This document shows, one piece after another, positions 59,300 to 64,000 of a stretch of DNA of 64,000 nt. The notes under the pieces are model-generated. The model ran no database searches. It was not told the DNA's origin and was given only the letters and a program-made list of their open reading frames with translations. Source of the stretch: Auanema rhodensis (Eukaryota; Animalia; Nematoda); assembly GCA_964057225.1 (NCBI GenBank), contig OZ059899.1:12834001-12898000 (forward strand), read 5' to 3'. Within the stretch, counting starts at the first letter, position 1; the number at the start of each line of letters is the position of its first letter. Position numbers and translations under genes: made by a program.

Positions 59300-59870
59300 A
59301 GCACATTCGCGTTCATCATACCACATACGTTGGAGCATTAACTACAAATTAAACGAAACAAAACATCACAAACAAGAAGCAGAGATGTCAATAAACTGTT
59401 CTAGGACTTTACTGATGCGCTAGTACCTATCGCGTTCAGATGAATCTCGCGTGTTATCGCGTTTTTCCATGCGCAATAGCAACATTTTGTATGAATCAAT
59501 GATAGCAAAGCTATGCTAGTAACTCATTTAAACACCCTAAAAGGTGTATTTACAAAAATCTTGGGTTAAAAGAATTGAGAAATACAACATGGATGACTGT
59601 AAAAACATGAAATGTGCTGTGGTATTGTTCAATAACACAACTCGAGGTTCAGATAAACAGGGCCACAAATCAATACAAAATATAAAGATAACAGAAAAGA
59701 AAAGCAATTTCAAACATGACAGGAACTTAAAGCATAAGTTGTCAATTATGAAGTACATTTTAAGCTTAGCTTACTAGTATTGAATTCAGAGATAGGAGCA
59801 AAAATCTATCACCCAGGGCGAGACTTATGCAGCCATCGAGCGCACGCGTCGCAACCGCTCGCGTCAAATC
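59300..59870. promoter_or_regulatory. CGCG-rich promoter region upstream of csnk-1
   Basis: Repeated TCGCGT at about 59307, 59430, 59447, 59457 and 59859, in otherwise CpG-poor DNA. Confidence 0.4.
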
Positions 59871-62800
59871 CATCCATTCCCCCGATCAACAGCGACCCGC
59901 TAACAGCCCCCACCCTTGGTCGGTCGGTCGGAAAGAACACAGCCAACTTGAATGTGCACTGTTATCCTTATTTGGAATAACTTAACCGGGATCGGACAAA
60001 GAATCCGGAAGGCATTGTTCCGGTATAAGGAAAGTTGCGGGTGGCTGAGGGCTATAGCATGTCAGACGGAAGCAGAGCAGCTTTAGCGTCGACATTGATA
60101 ACAGCGCTAAGCAGAACAGGAATCGATTGTGAACAATTCGTTCACACTCAGGTTAATAGTTTTTCCAACACACGTTTAGCTTGAAACTTTTTTGTTTTGA
60201 AGGAACAAAGAGGAGTTTGATTGAAAGTAAGTTTTGATGGTAAAAAAATGAAGTATTGAATGGAAGCAATAGGTGATAGTCATGAAGAAGAACATTCGCT
60301 TGTCATTAATTCTCAAAAGGTAGTCAGATAATGAATGGGAAAAACCGGGCACAACATGCCAGCCGGTAACTCGTTTCGTATGTTCCAAACAATACAATAG
60401 AACTGTCGAGTGCCCTCTCTTTCTATTTATCTGTCACCTGTCTCAAAGACCCTAGGGACATATGAGAAACAACACTCAATTGAGTGAGTTTAAAAAGATT
60501 TTTGCCGCATGAAAGTTCGAGTTTTAACTAGTAATAGCTGATATGATTGGGCCGGAAGTAACGAACACTTGTTTTTTGTTATAAATAGATAGGGACAGAC
60601 AAAATTCATAATACGATAGGCAGAATAGAGACACGACAGATGAGAGAATTGAGCTCAATGAGAGGCAGGTAAGACAAAAAGAAAAATTAGAAACAGTATT
60701 CAAAAATATAAAAAGTAATAGAAAATGTACTTTCTACTTAGACTCCGTCTCCCATTACCTCTCCATATTATGGTTGCTAGACAAATCATAAATTAGATTA
60801 GATGATTTGGCTTCGTTAATATGATAGACGAGAATGGTTTTCAACATCATAAAGTAGATAGAATTTGTTTGAAATATTATAAAGCAGATACATGGAACCT
60901 ACGTTGGCAAATAGGAAAAATAGAAAAGGGAAAGACAGAGAGAGAACGAGAGAGATTAATACGCAAACGGTAGAAAATGACAGAAAATCCACCGACTGCG
61001 ATCAAAAGACCATGAAGTACCATAATGAGAGAAACGTCTAAAATCTTAAAAAAGAAACAGTTTTTGTTATAAAAAATACTCAATGTGGAAAATAACAAGA
61101 ACAGGTAAAATAGAGTGAAACAGAGTTTCTCCGGAAGAGAGACAATAACGATATAAAATCAGACAAACAGGAAAAGGAAAATTCAGGCACTGTTGTTCAG
61201 TTGTTCATAAGTCCTTTAGGTATTATAAAAAAATAAAAGAGAAGCCGTGAAAAAGATGAAATTTTCGCGAAGACAATAAGCGAAAAAACCGAAGAAAGTT
61301 TAAAATTGAAGGAATAGTATGTTGAGAGATAGTTAATCTGCTATAACAGAATTATAAAGAAGACAGCAGTATATTCCATATTTGGAATAGCATTAGTTGC
61401 TTTTGAGCAAGCCGTATATTAAGTAAGAGATTTGTCAAATACAAGCCAGATATGGTCAGACAAATTGAATAAATCCTTTTCTACCTTCTAACATATAACA
61501 CATCATGCACATAGACACATAGAGAGAGCGAGGGAGAGAGACTAACATGTATGGTAGTCATGACAACAATTTTTATCATCAAAAAATGATATATGTATAA
61601 GAAGTTCGTTAGATGAAGAATAATGTTAAAAAAACAGTAGATAAATTTGATAAAAACATAAAACATAGTTCGTCCTAACACAGATTCTCCTCTGATTGTA
61701 AAAAAAAACAAATATTTACACATTAAATATGTAATGAATATTACAAACAAATACAATCGGATATTTCCTAAACGGCAGAATTAGGAATCATTTTAAGGCT
61801 GTATATAGACTGGTAGCGTAAAAGGGTTGAGCAGCGGCGCGTAGCGGAACAACTGACCAGAGAGCAGTCAAAATGACACTAGACAGAAGAGACCGAGAGA
61901 TAGAGAAAGAAAGCAAACCAAATAGGGAAAATATTCGAAATGTCACACCCTACACGAATTTTGAACAATCTTTCAGATAGAATTCGTGCTTCAGCAGTCC
62001 GCAAGCAGAAAAAAACTGTGCAATCTGTTAGCTTTTGGAGGAAGCAGCACTTCTGATTGCCAGGGAGAGAAGGGGAGGGAATATGCAAGAGCGAGAGAGA
62101 GGGAGAGAAAGGGAGAGAAGGAAAGCGGGCTGGAAAGAAGAAGAATGGAAAAAGATAGGAAGGAAAGGCCAGACAATAGAGAAGTAAACAAATGAAGGAT
62201 TATTAATATTATTAGAGATGATGAAAGTACGAAATTATTCGATGTGAACGGTAGTGAATTTGAGTTCAAGGGAATAGAAGTCTTCGAAAGTACGTCAACA
62301 GTGCAAAGAGCTTGTATTCGGTACGATGTCTGAAGAGGAAACGCCTGCAGATTGAACAAATAGATGTGAATGGTGAGAAGCAGAAAAAATGGAAATCTCA
62401 GCTGAATAGGTGGTCTATTGATTTTCAAAGTCATTTTATATCAATATTTTTTGCAATTTAACCAAATACTGTATAAAAATCATAAAACAGTGATAGCTAA
62501 AGAAACAAAACGTAAATTAGGAAATATTGATGAACTACTTTCACTACTATTATTTCTATCATTTAGTAGACAGCTTGCAAACTTGCTGAAGGAAAAGCAG
62601 ATGGTGAGTTTTGGAAGATATCATATGGGACTAATTAACAGCAAAGAAGGCAATATGATTATATAAGAAAAGATTCGATCAAACAGAGATAAAACATCGC
62701 AAATATGAATAATAAAAAAGGTGGGGGGGTGCGAGAAATATTAGCACAAATTCATTTGAACAATAAAACCGTTGCTTAGAAAAATGTTTGACAAGAATAA

Positions 62801-64000
62801 AAAAAAAGGTTGTAAAGATAGATAATCAGTATCGTAGCAGCGCTAAATTTCATAGAAAAACTTGCACTGCTAATATCAAGGAATAATCAATATTGTTGGG
62901 CATTTGGTCAACTTTTCTCAGATCCATAATAGAAACCAAGAACAATAAGCAATATACAAAAAAACAATAACAAAACGTAGACATGCTTCTTTAATAGAAA
63001 AAAAAGAAATTCAACTAGAAAACAGTTCTAGATTTTCGGAAATATAATGGAAACTTTTTGTGTCGTCATCGTCATCAGTAATTGGCATTCATCATCACAA
63101 AGTGATTAATCAATGATTATGGGAACAAATAATTGATACGAATAATAGGATAAGAACCAAATCAAAGAGAAGTTGCATATGCAACAACTGGACGTCTGGA
63201 GGATGATAATTTATATTTCGATTTTTCTTCCGTAGGCTCTCACCCTTAAGACTTGCTCCATTGGGAATAATGTCTATCTGGCAAATGCCCTTTTCCTTTT
63301 TACGATTTCAATAACGCATACATGCAAGCTAGATCAACTATGTAGCAATTTGTAAGATGTTCAAATAGGCATATAAAACAAAGATTGCGGAGGTACGTAA
63401 ATCATTTAAAAACCTCAAGTGTATAGTGAATACTTATCAAATATCATGAACTTGAGTTTGTGAAGAAAAACACTAGCCAAACTGAATAATACGGAAAGTA
63501 CCCTTAATTAATCCAGAAAAGATACTCCGCCTTTCCCCAGAGAACCAGAAAAAAACGAAGGCGATTAAAATAATACGAAAACAAAGTTAAATGGAAACGG
63601 GAAAAAGCATACCTCAATTTAAATTGGAAAATAACAAATACATTCAAAAATAGACGCCGAAAAGTAAAATGCAACCACACGTTCAACTGCGACTGAAGAA
63701 AATGGCAAACAAAGCGTATGGCAGCTGACGTAAACTACGTGAACTTCGAAATTATTCTAATGCATTAGCAACGTGACGTGAAGTAAAACATGTTAGCTCA
63801 TAGGATATCCCTATGCTAATCATTTGTTTGCAATGATGACGACGAGGACGACAACGGAGAAAGATGAGATGCTGATGATGATGAGGGTGATGATGGCGAA
63901 AAAGAAAAAGAATACGGAGAAGAAGAAAGATCTGCTACAGCAGGAGCTAGACAGTTAGTCAGGCTATTGACTTGCTTCTGCATATGCCGGAGGGTAGAAT

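Noticed and set aside
59500-64000. ORFs of 60-147 aa upstream of csnk-1
   Set aside because: Low-complexity purine/pyrimidine tracts with no motifs. 62250-62345 may be a non-coding exon, but I cannot support it.

Overview
Eukaryotic DNA from a compact, AT-rich rhabditid-type nematode genome (most introns about 40-50 nt, TTTCAG/TTTTAG acceptors). By splicing the exons by hand I recover 16 protein-coding genes: hlh-16 (Olig bHLH), NAXE/YjeF-N epimerase, gsk-3, a NEURL2/Ozz-like NHR+SOCS-box gene, nhx-8, osr-1, dhc-1, HYPK, an unnamed zinc-finger gene, spt-16, lid-1/ABHD4-5, mrpl-43, aha-1 (ARNT), MTHFS, ced-12 (ELMO) and csnk-1 (CK1-gamma). There is also a possible orphan exon near the left edge. 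Most interesting: (1) the unnamed gene at 38954-42035 appears to contain a degenerate Mutator/MULE-type transposase core, suggesting a domesticated transposase; (2) NAXE has a mitochondrial-presequence exon plus a second in-frame ATG hidden in intron 1; (3) a same-strand cluster of TAATCC / GCTAATCCWGTTAATT homeodomain elements at 1.15-2.8 kb; (4) a palindromic two-way poly(A) signal between mrpl-43 and aha-1; (5) two GC-AG introns in dhc-1 and a GAG acceptor in spt-16; (6) several operon-like gene spacings. No tRNA, rRNA, CRISPR array or intact transposon was recognised. All family assignments come from remembered motifs, not database searches.
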